From assembly GCA_965153285.1 (NCBI GenBank), contig OZ229121.1: a stretch of DNA of 64,000 nucleotides. One strand, given 5' to 3'. A program made the position numbers and the translations under genes. Origin of the DNA: Podarcis tiliguerta. Lineage: Eukaryota. Of the stretch, positions 38,410-50,671 are shown piece by piece (position 1 is the stretch's first letter; the number at the start of each line of letters is the position of its first letter). Below the pieces are notes generated by a model. The model was not told the origin of the DNA. It saw nothing but the letters and a program-made list of their open reading frames with translations, and searched no databases.

Positions 38410-41400
38410 TCACCATTAAAGTAAGAACAACCATATAGAGTAAAAATAGTACCAGTCACAATTAAGGCATCTAATCACCTTAAGAGCTAAAAACAATAAG
38501 GATTGTTTGTAATGGGAGCACTCAAGTGTTGTTACCCTCCCCATCACAGAATAAATAACACAGGTGGTTAATACTGCACATGCTCCTAGAGCAGAGGTAT
38601 GGAACATTTTTGGCTCTATGGGCCAGGTCTTTATCAGGATCTGTCTTACAGGCCACATTTTACAGGTGAGTGGGGCCACCCACCTGCAAAGCACATGGCT
38701 TTGCAAGTGAGAAGGGGGCGGATGCTTCAAACAGCACTTTTGAGAAGCCCTTTACAGAAGCTCCTTCAGTCCAATTTCAGCTACAACAGGAGCATGGGGG
38801 CTTTTTAAGTACTTCTCAAAAGTGCTGTTTGAAACAGATCACAGAAATCTCTCCCCATCCTGCCACCCACACCCCACCCACATGCAGAAGTGCAGGAGCT
38901 GTTTCACACAGCACTACAGAGGTGCTTTGATCTCCTCTCATCAGGGGAAGAGCAAGGATTAAATCCTGCTGCCTTGACTGTGCAATTATTTTCCCTACTG
39001 GGAACCGGGCACATTGCCAATGCAGGATTAGCCGCTGTCGTCCTGCCCATCAGTTAATGTTGCCAGTGATATTGGGTGGGCAGGTGAGCATGGTTTGAGG
39101 AAAATAGCCCTGTGGTCCAACTTGCCCCCCTCCCCGAGAAGGCAAGGTTAGCCTGCAGGTCGAAGGTTCTCCACCCTTATTCTAGACCAGGGTGGTTCAA
39201 CTTTTACTAACAAGTGGGCCGCAAGAGTACTTTGTCATAGAGCCTGTGAGCCACACACTGCCTTGTCACATGGGGGGTGGGAAGCAAGGCCAAAATTGAC
39301 CCCCCCCAGCCCTTGTGCTACCTTCTCAAAGCCAAGCAAGCAAGGCACCAGGCTTTAGGAAGGACGCATAAGACTCTGGCAGAGTCCTAGAACCCTCCCA
39401 CTTCCTTGCCAAAGCTGGGAAAGCACTTCGAGGAAGAGGCCGGAGGACTCTAGGAGCCTCTCAGAGCCTCCTTCCCAATGCTAAGTGCCTCGCTTAGCTG
39501 GCTCTGGGAAAGGCAGCCCAAGGGTTCCAAATGTTGCTGAGAGCTGCCAAAAAAGGCCTTGAGGGCTGCACTGGATCACCCTGTCCTAGACCAACCAAGC
39601 AGCCAGCAAGTAATAAAACTACAAGTACTGCCATTATGCCATGGAGCGTTATCTGGCACAGCCAACAATTCTACAGCAGAGCTTTACTCATCTCACCGGT
39701 CCAGTGAATTACATTTGAATAGGTTTCATGTATGCTAGTTGTGTATACTATTGTAAGATATACAGTCTTACAATAGTATATAAATATAATAGTTAATAAT
39801 AATAATAATAATAATAATTATACCCTGCTCATCTGGCTGGGTTTCCCCAGCCACTCTGGGCAGCTTCCAAAGAAGTATTAAAATACAGTGGTCTATTAAA
39901 ATACACTGATCCACTATAACATTTGTGTAAACATACACCAAGATAGAATTGCTAGTGTCTCCCTTAACATGACACATGATGAACCTGGTATAAGAAACAA
40001 TCCCATACTGTTTCTACCAGGAATGAAAATTTAAGATTCCCTTTTAATTCAAATCCCCTCAGGAGCTTAACACTGAGTCTCTGTGATAGCTTCTCAATTT
40101 AAAGCAGAACATATTGCAACTGAAGTATTTTCAGAAACAAATCCAAGGCTTCTCCCCCCTCCACGCAATACTGTTAAGATAGTGTGTCAGAGTATTATTA
40201 TTATTTTACTTTCCAGAAGGAAAATTGGTTGGCAATGTTAATGCCTCCAATGCTTACTCCTAAGAATTATCTTGAAAGGCAGTATTTTTATAGCCAGAGG
40301 GACAGATCAGTCTATTTCTGGTCCTTGCCAGTTTTACATGTGTTTACTCATCAGTCCATTCAGTTTTGTTTCTGCATTAAGTTGATGGGAGTGGGGTGGG
40401 GGAAATGTATTTAAATACAACAGGGTGCGGAACCGTTTTCTGAAGGCCACAGTTCCATCTTAGTAGCCTTCAGAGATGTCACACGTGGGGCAGTGTCAGA
40501 GGCAAAAGTGGGTAAAGCAGCAAATGTAACTTTTACCTTTGTACAGTAGGCTACTTTCTTGACACAGACCCTTTATCCAGGCAACCAAGGGGCATTAACA
40601 GAGTTCAAGGATACATTTCACCCAGGCTAAACACACAAGGTGGATGTAAAGGAGGGATAGTGAGTAGTTTGGTCTAGGGTGAATACCAAGGGGTCAGACA
40701 AAGAGGGCTGGAGGGGCAGATTGGGCCCCTAGGATTACAATTCCCAGTCCCTGAAATATGGAAAGTTATATATTATGTGCTTTTTTCCACAAAGAATGTA
40801 CGTTATCCCAATGTATTAATTTCTAAACAAGTTTTGTCCTAAAATGGGCATTTCTAACATGTTTTTGTATTTTTTTGAGCCATGAAACAATTTGCAAAAG
40901 AAGTGTAAAATGTATAGGTTAATTAGGTACCAATCTGTGTATTAGTCTGGGAGGTACAAATGAAGACCAAACAAAAGTCTCCTCCATACATATATAGCAG
41001 GGGTGGGGAACCTCTGGTCCATGGGTCAAATCTGACCCACCAGTCCTCCTCATCCGGCCCACAAGGCCATTTTCCTCCAACCACACTCACCTGTGGACAA
41101 CCGCCTGTCAAAGTTAGTCCACAGGGTGGAGCAGATAAAAGATCTAGATTCTAGGCTCCTAGGCCTGCACAGCAGGCACATCCAACTGGTCGATCGCAGC
41201 TACCTGTCAATCGTGGGGTGTCCCTGCTCGATTGCGTGCTTATTAATTTCCCCCCACCAAATAAAATAAAAAGAAAGATCAACAACTTTGGGTCCCCCCA
41301 AAAAAGCTTTTTAATAGTGGGTGTAGATCACTGTCACTTGCGAGTTGAACATGCCTGCTATATAGGATCTATCCAGTTCCACAAGTAAGCATTAACCCCT

Positions 41401-42279
41401 GCACCCTGGAGCAAGTGGCCTTTACAACTGTACGCCTAAGGCCTAAGAACAAAACTGCAGAAAGGCTAATGCAAACACATCCCACTAGGCCTTTGAAAGT
41501 GGAGAACAAACATATTTCAAGGGGCATGTTGTCAGTGAATGATGCTTACAAATTTGACCCCTGGGCATTACTAGATAATAGTGTTTCTAATTGTAGCTGT
41601 TTGTTTTAGTTAGTATAACTTAGTCTTCATTGTGCAATTTTAGATTTATAATTGTGAGCCACCACATGAAAACACAGCAAAAATGTATGGAAATTTTAGG
41701 TTTGGAGCTCTGTATGGTAGATCTGTCATCTGAAACAGTATCTCTTCATGACAATATAGATGCACACAGTGGAGTCCAAATGAAGCAGTGATTTTTATTT
41801 TATTTTAATAAGGTATAGTAGAGGGGGGATATTTTAGACAGAAATAAGAATTTGTCAGAATACAGGATGACTGGTGGCTGTGTCCATTAGTTTTAGCTCT
41901 CACAATCACTGCTCTTGAAAATTAATTGTCAGTCTTGAATTATGGCAGTGTTGAATTAAAAGTAGGGAAAGGGTTTTTTTTTAAAGAAATCCATGAGGGG
42001 AACTCTCCCCAATTTTAGCCAAGCCATGCCTTCACAGTCTTTTTAAAACGGTAGTGCAACAGCCATCACAGAAGTTAAACAGGAAGATTTCACTGTAATT
42101 CAAATATTGATTAGTACTTTGGTATTAAGGAAGATCCTGAATGCAAAACAAGAAGCCAGGTACTCAAAATAAACTGTTCCAATGACATAGCTGCCTAGAG
42201 CAATTAAAGCACAGACAGATACAGGGGCCAGCGAGAACTGGAAAAGGGCTCATGACAGAAGTTGGCAGTGTTGGTGATA

Positions 42280-42469
42280 TATCCTGCCTTTCCTCCAAGG
42301 AGCTCAAGGAGTTCTCCCCCTCCCCAATTTTATGCTCACAACAACCCTGTGAGGTAAGTTAGGCTGAGGATCAGTGGCAGGCTAAAGCTCACTCAGGGAG
42401 CTACATGGTTGAGTGTGGGTTCGAACTCTGGTCTCCCATGTCCAGCAGCCCAACCACTATACAACACTG
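42280..42469 (-). mobile_element. Older CORE/Squam3-like SINE
   Basis: CTCACAACAACCCTGTGAGGTA body, B-box-like GGTTCGAAC, and AACCACTATACAACACTG (inverted A box). A related fragment lies near 57770-57925. Confidence 0.65.
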
Positions 42470-43386
42470 TCCCTTTCAAGCAAATATAGCAAGGACTGAG
42501 ACTCCACCTCCCTTTTTCTGCACGGCTGGAAGTGGCTCATAGCAGCATAAGACTTGATGCCAAAATACTTAGGAGTCTGTTATACAGCAAGCACTCTTTT
42601 CTGCATGGTCAAATAGAATGTTAAGGCAACACCCTTCTGCCAATACATTCACAAAAGAGTCATGAGCCTATCAAGACAGAACAAGATCTCCCAACAAGTT
42701 TTCCATTGGAAAAACATATATACTTCTATTCTAAACACTGTATTACCAATGGCAACTGAGAGCACTTAATGTCTTGTGTCACTTATGCAAAATTAGCATG
42801 TGTCATCCACCTCTGGACATTACTTGACTTCATTCATTGGCACTTTTCTACTTAAGCAGAAATATTTAACTTGGAAACCTTGAATAGTTACTGAAGTCAA
42901 TTGACTCTCATTTGTTTAAACATCTAAGGATGATAAGGAGGAGGAGAGAGATCAATGTGTTAACAGTCTCTAGAACATAACCTATTTTAAGTTGAACCCA
43001 GCCAGAATCATACTTTCATGGATCATGGATCTGTGTTAGCCAAGGTAAACATTGAAATTATTCTTTAGATGCAAGGGAGAAAGATGAATCAACTTCAAGT
43101 CAGAACTCAGGCAACAGTTTAAAGACAAAACAGAGCCACTTATATATAAAGTTATGCTTCTACATACTTGGAGCCCCCTAGGAATGCAAAAGTATGTAAA
43201 TTTCTAAAGTAAAACTGATTTTTTTTGGCATGCCACTGACAGTAGAGCTTAGATGAAAAAGAAAAAAAGGGCTAAAGAAAACTCAGGCATGCAATGGTTG
43301 AGATACAGACTATCGGGATGTCAGTTGGGACTCAGCTACATTGGCAATGGTAAATAGCTTTATATGCGTTGTATATGCATTATAAC

Positions 43387-43731
43387 GGGATGCGGGTGGC
43401 GCTCTGGGTTAAACCACAGAGCCTAGGACTTGCTGATCAGAAGGTCAGCGGTTCAAATCCCCATGACAGGGTGAGCTCCCGTTGCTCAGTCCCTGCTCCT
43501 GCCAACCTAGCAGTTCAAAAGCACGTCAAAGTGCAAGTAAATAGGTACCGCTCCGGCGGGAAGGTAAACGGCGTTTCCGTGCACTGCTCTGGTTCGCCAG
43601 AAGCGGCTTAGTCATGCTGGCCACATGACCCGGAAGTTGTACACCAGCTCCCTCGGCCAGTAAAGTGAGATGAGTGGCACAACCCCAGAGTCCTCTGCGA
43701 ATGGACCTAATGGTCAGGGGTCCCTTTACCT
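43387..43731 (+). mobile_element. Sauria SINE (Squam1)
   Basis: Reverse complement of the two copies above. CCTTTACCTTT tail, TSD TTATAAC. Confidence 0.9.
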
Positions 43732-46700
43732 TTATAACACTGTGACACCAGATGGCGCTGTGGAGTTCCTTTTTTTGCCAACCCAATTTCTCATACAAAG
43801 TTTAACTGAAACTCTTCTTTGATTTGTCTAGATCCAGCCTTGAAAAGAAATCCCCCACCAAATGGAATATGGAAGGGAGGATGAGAGAGGAAATCAATTT
43901 GCTCAGCACTGCACATCTTTTACCTATTGCCTGGGCAGGGAGGGGGAGGATTAGAATTGGGGAGATGCATGCTGATAGATCCATACTATAGTCCTATAGT
44001 ATGATGATTGAGTCTCTAGAGCTGATTGCTGCCCCCACTATATAGCTGGAAAACGCTTCGGTTGCAGGTGGTGGCAGCCCGACCTATATGACACAGTAAG
44101 TCAGGGCTGGCAATGGAATAGTATAGTGTTGATTATCCTTCCCCAACTCCTGAAACTCCCTCTCCCCACCTGCACTTCTCTTAGGAGTGGGGATGCAATG
44201 GAACATTGTTCTGCAGGCCCCACTTGATTCCCCATTTTAGCATCTCGTTCAATTTAGCAGTGTAGCAATTCATATATATTACTCTGGAAACAAATTGTAT
44301 TATAGCTCATATTTTTAGTTCATTCAGTAAGGTGCAAGAATCCAACTGGACTGCATAATTTGAGACTTGATATAACAGTAGGACTGACACTATTTCATGC
44401 ATAAGCATTTTGCAGCTAACACAAGCATATTTTCTTGTAAGCACTTTTACTTGGATTATACAGTAGATTCTGCCCTTGAAGCAATTACGCAGCTGTTGCT
44501 GTGCACCACTTCCCTTACTCCAGAGCATTTCTAATGATTCAATGAGCACTTTGGCAGGGTAGCCAATGTGGTGACTTTCAAGTGTTATAGACTCCAACTC
44601 CCATTAGCCTTAGCCAGCATGGTCAAGGGTCAAGGTAGTCATACTGCACAAAATCTGGAGGGAACGACACTGGCTACCACTGAGTTATTGGTTACAGGCA
44701 AGTGTCTTTAGAAGTCATAATCTGATTCCATGCAGTTAGGTATACATAAGCCCATCTAAGCTTTTAAGCGTGCATAAAACCAGGCCTTTTGGTGCAAAAG
44801 TAGCAATTTCCATGCACCTGCTACAGAATATCACACAAGGTAGTTTGTCACTGTTTATGCACCACATCTTGGATGTCTTTGAAGCTTTTACCATCAGAGT
44901 AGCACGAACCTTTCCATAACTGGTCTGAATTAAAAGATTTATGAAAGTATTATGGTCCCTTCCAACTCTACAATTCTATGACTATGTCTTGTTGTCCACT
45001 GTAACACTGCCCTCTCACCTTTGCATTAGTTTTTTCTGTTTTTGTTTAATTTGGACCAATGCACCCACAGACGCATTCACCTCCACTTCCCTCACTAATT
45101 TAATCTGCTGATTTGTCAGCAGGAGCGCAAGCCTTGTGACTTCCTAATCCTCTCTTTTTCAAGTGCAATTACATAAATTCAGCACTAAGAAAGCACAAGC
45201 CTAAAATTCAAGGAGGCTGAATTACATAGACTAGTCCCAGGGCATTAAGGCTCAAAAGGGGGAGACAGGACAGAACAGGTCTTGCTGCTTTTTTGTGTCC
45301 TATTCATGCTTACTCAGGATTAAGCCCCATTTCTTAGGTTGATTTTATAGGACTGCTATCTTAGCTCTGGTACTTGTTCCATCACATATACCATACAACA
45401 GACAATGCCAACAGTTGCTATTTAAATTGATTTGGCATTTTGTTTACATTCACCACACAGTACCATTGGCTGAAGTAAATGAAATGCAGACAAATGTTGA
45501 GAGGTTAAAAAAATACTCATTTCACACGAGCTGGCTACCTTTCTACCTCTGCTTTAAAGGTACCTATTCCGTGCACTTGTTATAGCTTGAGTTTCTAAGA
45601 AGAATTTCAGGAATTCCTACATAGATAAAAACTATTTCCCCAAGTGTCTTGGGTATGCCTTAATTCATAAACTCATGACTCAAGAACTCTGAATTCTGTT
45701 ATTACAATATTCTTACAACTCTTCTAAATTTGTCACTTGACTGTATCATCATAAGCAACAGCATCCTTTCAGCTATAAACTTTATTTGAACAAGCACATA
45801 CTATTTAGAAACAGCAGGTTTCCTCCCTAGTCCTTTTTCTCTATCTAAACTTAAACCTCCGTCTTTATAGATCCTATCTACTAATATAGTTTGCAACATG
45901 CCTTACCAGAAAAGCTACTGCCCCACATCTGCTTTACACAGGTCTTGTTTTATAAAGCAACAGGAGAACCATCACCCATTGCTTAAATTACTGTTAGCTC
46001 TACTACTAAAACAAACATTTAGAACACGTGCATTCAGAAAAATCAGGTGTCCAGATAAAGGCTGAAATCATAAGGCTCCTTACTAAGGAATAAGGACCAC
46101 TGAACTTAGTGGGACCTCCTCCTAGTAAGTACGTATGCACAGGATTGCGAGGAAAGAATAATAGTGTTGTGACTCCTAACCACTGATTTATAAATCTACT
46201 AATACTAAAACCTTAGCTGTACTGTCAAGCGTCCCAAAACAGACTTCAAAGCATGAATAAATTTATTTGGAGAAAGTAGGGAAGATCGTGCTTCATTCTT
46301 AACTGCTATTCTATAAATGAGATGACAGATGGTTCTCCTAGTAGTAATAATCAAATCACTTTTATTTGGAAAGGCCGTACAATCAAAATAGATCTTTACT
46401 TAGAAGACACCAACTTCTGTATTGCAGAGCTTGCTTTCTGCACCACTTTTCAATTGGCAAATCATGTCACTAAACAAGCAAATGTTAAACCCCAGCCTAA
46501 AGAAGAATGTGCAGGGGCAAGGCCTGTTTTTCTTACCCTTCGCTACCGGCTTAAGATTCTGCGCTACGCGGCCAGGCCAGGCCAGGCCAAGCTAAGCTAA
46601 GCAGAATTCCAAATGAAATAAACTCTCTGGCGCGGTTCTAGTGCTTTTACATGGAGCCTCGGCCACGCTACTAGCGAAGCCAGAGAAACACACTGGGAGC

Positions 46701-47239
46701 ACACATGGGCAGCCGCAACTTCCTCGCACCTTTCCCCGCCCCCGCTTTTGCTATCCCGGCTCATTGCAAACGCAGAGACGCCACCTAGCGACCGGACGGC
46801 GGCACTTCCACCTAGCCCTCTCGCGCCGCCGCCGAGGCTCGCGCTCTCTCACACAGCTGCCTGCTGCACAAGGCCCAGCCCAGCAAAGTCGAAGCACAAC
46901 AAAATGGCGGCTGGCCGCCGCGTCACGTGACCCCCTTTGTGCCTTTCGGGGGGCTGAAGGGAGCCGAGCCGGAGGCCTCGGCGCTCCAGCCCAGAGCGAA
47001 AACGAGCCTCGGCCGGGTGGGGTGGGGGCTCCCGGAGGGAAGGCGACGGGGCTGTTGAGGGACTAACGTCGCCCTCTTCCCTCCCCCCCCCCCCGCACAC
47101 CCGGGGGGAGGGAAGCGGGAGGAAGCGGGGAGAAAATGGCGGCCATTTTGTGCTTGCGCAGAGGCGATGGTGGGGGCCCGGGTGTGGGGCGATGGCGGGG
47201 CCCGGCCGGAGCAGGGATGGGAGGGGGTCTCTCACGTAC

Positions 47240-47392
47240 CGACTCCTCTTCCTTCTCCATGCCCGTGGGCATCTGCGGCACGGCCCGGTTGATGGAGGCA
47301 TACTCGGCTAGGTCGGGCAAGTCCTCGCAGCGGAAGACGGGAAGCGGCTTAGACGCGTCCAGCGCCCGGGCCCGAAACGACAGTTTGCTCAT
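47240..47392 (-). CDS. EPC1: EPC1 coding exon 1 (153 nt)
   Basis: Translates MSKLSFRARALDASKPLPVFRCEDLPDLAEYASINRAVPQMPTGMEKEEES, the EPC1 N-terminus (EPcA). Donor TCG|gtacgt. Confidence 0.98.
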
Positions 47393-47919
47393 GTTAGTCG
47401 TCGGCGGCTGCGACTGCTATGGCGGCTGCTGCTCCAGCTGAGGGGGGGGAGGCAGCGAGAGCGCTCCGAGCTGAGAGCCGGACCCCGCCGAGCGCTCTCA
47501 TGGAGGGACCGGGGCTCCCGCGGCGGGGCGGGGCTCGCTCCGAGGCGGGTCCCAGCGGCGCCGGCTGGCGCGGCTAGGCTAGGGCGCCGATTTCTCTCCT
47601 CCGCCGCTCCGGCTCTGCTCAATACGCCACGGCCAACATGGCGGACATTAAACCTCGACTGGCCGCCTCTTTCAGCCAACCCCAGCGCCACAGCCATTCC
47701 CACACTGCATCGCGCAAAGGCGCGGGCACGGCGCTGCCGGGGGGGGGGGGAGAAGGGGCGCGCGGCGCGGGCACGGAGGCGAACGAGCAGGAGCGCTCGG
47801 GTTTCCCCCCCACTTTTTTTTTTTTTACTGCTTCTGCTCGGGGATGATGATGATGAAGAAGGTGGTCCCGTCTTCGTTCCCCAAAGCTGTCACTGCTCGG
47901 GAGTCTCCTTCATTGTGAT

Positions 47920-47940
47920 GCAGCAGCAGCAGCAGCAGCA
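47920..47940. repeat. (GCA)7 trinucleotide repeat upstream of EPC1 exon 1
   Basis: Seen directly within the CpG island. Confidence 0.9.
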
Positions 47941-49734
47941 CAGAAGCCGACCCAGCCGCACGCAGTTCCCTCGCACCACGCCGGAGACTGGGGAGGGGAG
48001 GGACGGCGCCGACGCCTGGAGGAAGGCACGAGGCGGCCGGGGATGCCTCAACCCCAGCGAGGCGTTAAGGAGGCGAAGAGCTTCCCCTCGGCACCGGGCG
48101 AGCTGCTCCGCGCTGAGGGCGGCATGGCACACGGCGAGGCACGGGCTCCCGGCCAGGAGCAAAAGGGCACAACACCCAATTTCTCTGTAATTATTTCGGC
48201 TACAGGGCCCGGGCTAAAAAAAACTCCAAACCAAACAGCAGCAGGACTCGCCTCCCCTGTATTGTCGCTAAACCATAATTTATCTACACACACTCCACCG
48301 AGTCACTTTGTTCTTTACTCTGGAAGACCGGGGCTCTGTGACATCAAAAAATTCTATAGAATTGACTGGGAATTGGGATGGATGTGGATATTATACACAG
48401 TTATTTGGAACGTTTAGTCTGAAATTTTGAACTTAAACCATTTCCCTAAATTTTTTGTTCACCACACACACACTTTTTAAAGAATGCACCAGGGATGAAT
48501 GAGATGCATACAACAGAACATACACCTTGGAAAATTTTGCCACCACCTTCCGTGTTAACATTGAAGCCCTTGCTTTGTAATGGCTTGACTGTGAGATATA
48601 ATTTTTTTTTTTTTTTGCTATTAACTGCATCAAATTATACAGCAGCACTTTTTAAGCTTTTTGAATTTGGCTACATTTTAAACTTCTCCTTCCTTCAGCC
48701 ACCCCCAATTGGCTAGCTGTCACAGCTTTTGACAAGTGAGTGCATGAGATTCTCACACAGCTGCCTAGAAGTACCGGTACCTGCTGCATCCCTCACTTAA
48801 CAGTAGCATACTTTAAGTAGTTATAGGCTCCACACCTCAAAAATGTAATTTCCCGAATGTAGATACAGCATGCAACGGTGTCAATGAGATTTGCTCTTCA
48901 ACATCCTAACTTTCTATGTGAAGGAATGTTTGTTATTGGGGACATCTTTCATCATAGTGCACCTGAAACAGTACCAGTCTAGTAGTTGTGAAAACCAAAG
49001 ACCACCAGCCTTTTCCCTAAATCAGCCAGCCAGGAAAGGAGGCAAGATGGGAAGAAGCTGCTATAACAGAACACAGTCTGTGCTTCTTTGCAGCTTTCGT
49101 AATTAAAAAGCAGTTTGGATGGCTGTAATAGTAAATATTTGCAGTATCTCCCCTTCCCAACTTTTCCAAAATTTTACATTTTCTCCTGAGTGTTGGACAT
49201 TCTGTTTGGGTTGACTGGAGAAGGGAAATCTATCTCATACTGGCCTAAGGAATTTGGTATTTATTGTAACATTAAAAACGACTTTACAACTTAAGCAATA
49301 GTCATTGTAGACCCTTAAATACTGTGAGGGCAAAGGTTAGATGCAGTAAATTAACAGAAAAGTAGGTATAAATACTAAATGTTTTAGAAGACACTAGGAA
49401 GACATGAAGGCCAAGTGGTATAAAACACAACCACTCACTATCTATCTGTGCAAGGCTACAAATGTACTAATAGCCATGTGATTTCTTCACATGCAAGCTA
49501 CCAGCTATCGTTCAAAGTGCAATAAATAAAACCCGTTCAACAGGCTGAACAGATTTGGAGGAATGCTTTAGGTGTCAACAGATGGTCACCTATCAGGACC
49601 CACTGGTTTGTTTTCAGACCTTACTTGAATACTCTCTTTTTTCACATTTGATCTGGAGCCTTCAATTATATTCTGCAGTCATTTGCACTGAAACACTTTC
49701 TGCATGGATTGGAAGACCACAGCAAACAGGAATA

Positions 49735-49972
49735 CAGTCGTACCTTGGTTTTTGAACAGGTTAGTTCTCGTTTTGGCTCCTGAACGCTGCAAACCTGGAA
49801 GTGACAGTTCCAGTTTGTGAACTATTTTTTAAAAGCTGAACGTTTGACAGGAATTTCAATTAGCTGCAGGAGCTTCCTGCAGCCAATCTGAAGTCGTGCT
49901 TTGGTTTCTGGACGTTTTGGAAGTTGAACGGAGTTCCAGAACGGTTTCCATTTGACTTCCAAGGTACGACTG
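49735..49972. mobile_element. Tigger/pogo-like MITE
   Basis: TA|CAGTCGTACCTTGG...CCAAGGTACGACTG|TA, a perfect 14-bp TIR. Confidence 0.85.
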
Positions 49973-50671
49973 TACTGCAGACTTGGAGCGTTTGGAGAGC
50001 TCTGCACCTTTGCTTTAAGGAGCAGCTGCATGTACAGAATACATATTCTTGGGAGGGGAAGTTGTTCTGCTATCACTCTGTGGGGGTGAACTGCGCCAAA
50101 TGATGCATACAAATTTTCCATGAATAACACCAGTGATGGAAGGGGAGGGGAAATCTTTAACAGGGTTTATCTGGCACATATTTAACTCATAAATTCAGCA
50201 AGTGCTTTATGAAAAAATAAAATGGCATTTCATATGCTTTAATAACATCACAAATATACAAAAGTCATGTCCCCCTCACTTTTTGCTAAATTACAATCTG
50301 GCACTATGGATATCTACTTGGGAGTTCAATCAAATAATATATAAAATTTCTGTCTTAGCAAGCAACAGTTTTTTTGAGAAATTCGTATTATTTTGCATAT
50401 TGCACGACATTTTCTCCAGTGGGAAGCTAAACGAAGAAATCTAACAGAGTTCAGTGGGATTTGCTCTCAAATAACTGAGCATAGGACTGCAGCTCAAAGT
50501 ACAGGTAACTGCGAGTCTGTTTTGTGGATTATAAGGAAATGCTACATGGCATGGCTTCTCTCTCCAGCTCTTCCTTAGAGTGTTTGTGCTGCTCTTTCTT
50601 GGGCTAGGCATATGTACAGGCACTACACTTACAGCTGTGCAGAGGAAGTGTGCTGAGCGGTTAATGCAGTT

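Larger units (their letters stand above)
46540..48260. promoter_or_regulatory. CpG island, proximal EPC1 promoter and 5' UTR
   Basis: Very GC- and CpG-rich stretch spanning exon 1. YY1-type AANATGGCG motifs near 46901, 47133 and 47635, E-box GTCACGTGAC at 46922-46931, ETS-like GGAAG sites. Confidence 0.92.

Noticed and set aside
47915-48190. PolyQ-starting plus-strand ORF and other CpG-island ORFs
   Set aside because: Expected by-products of GC-rich sequence and a CAG repeat, with no recognisable protein.
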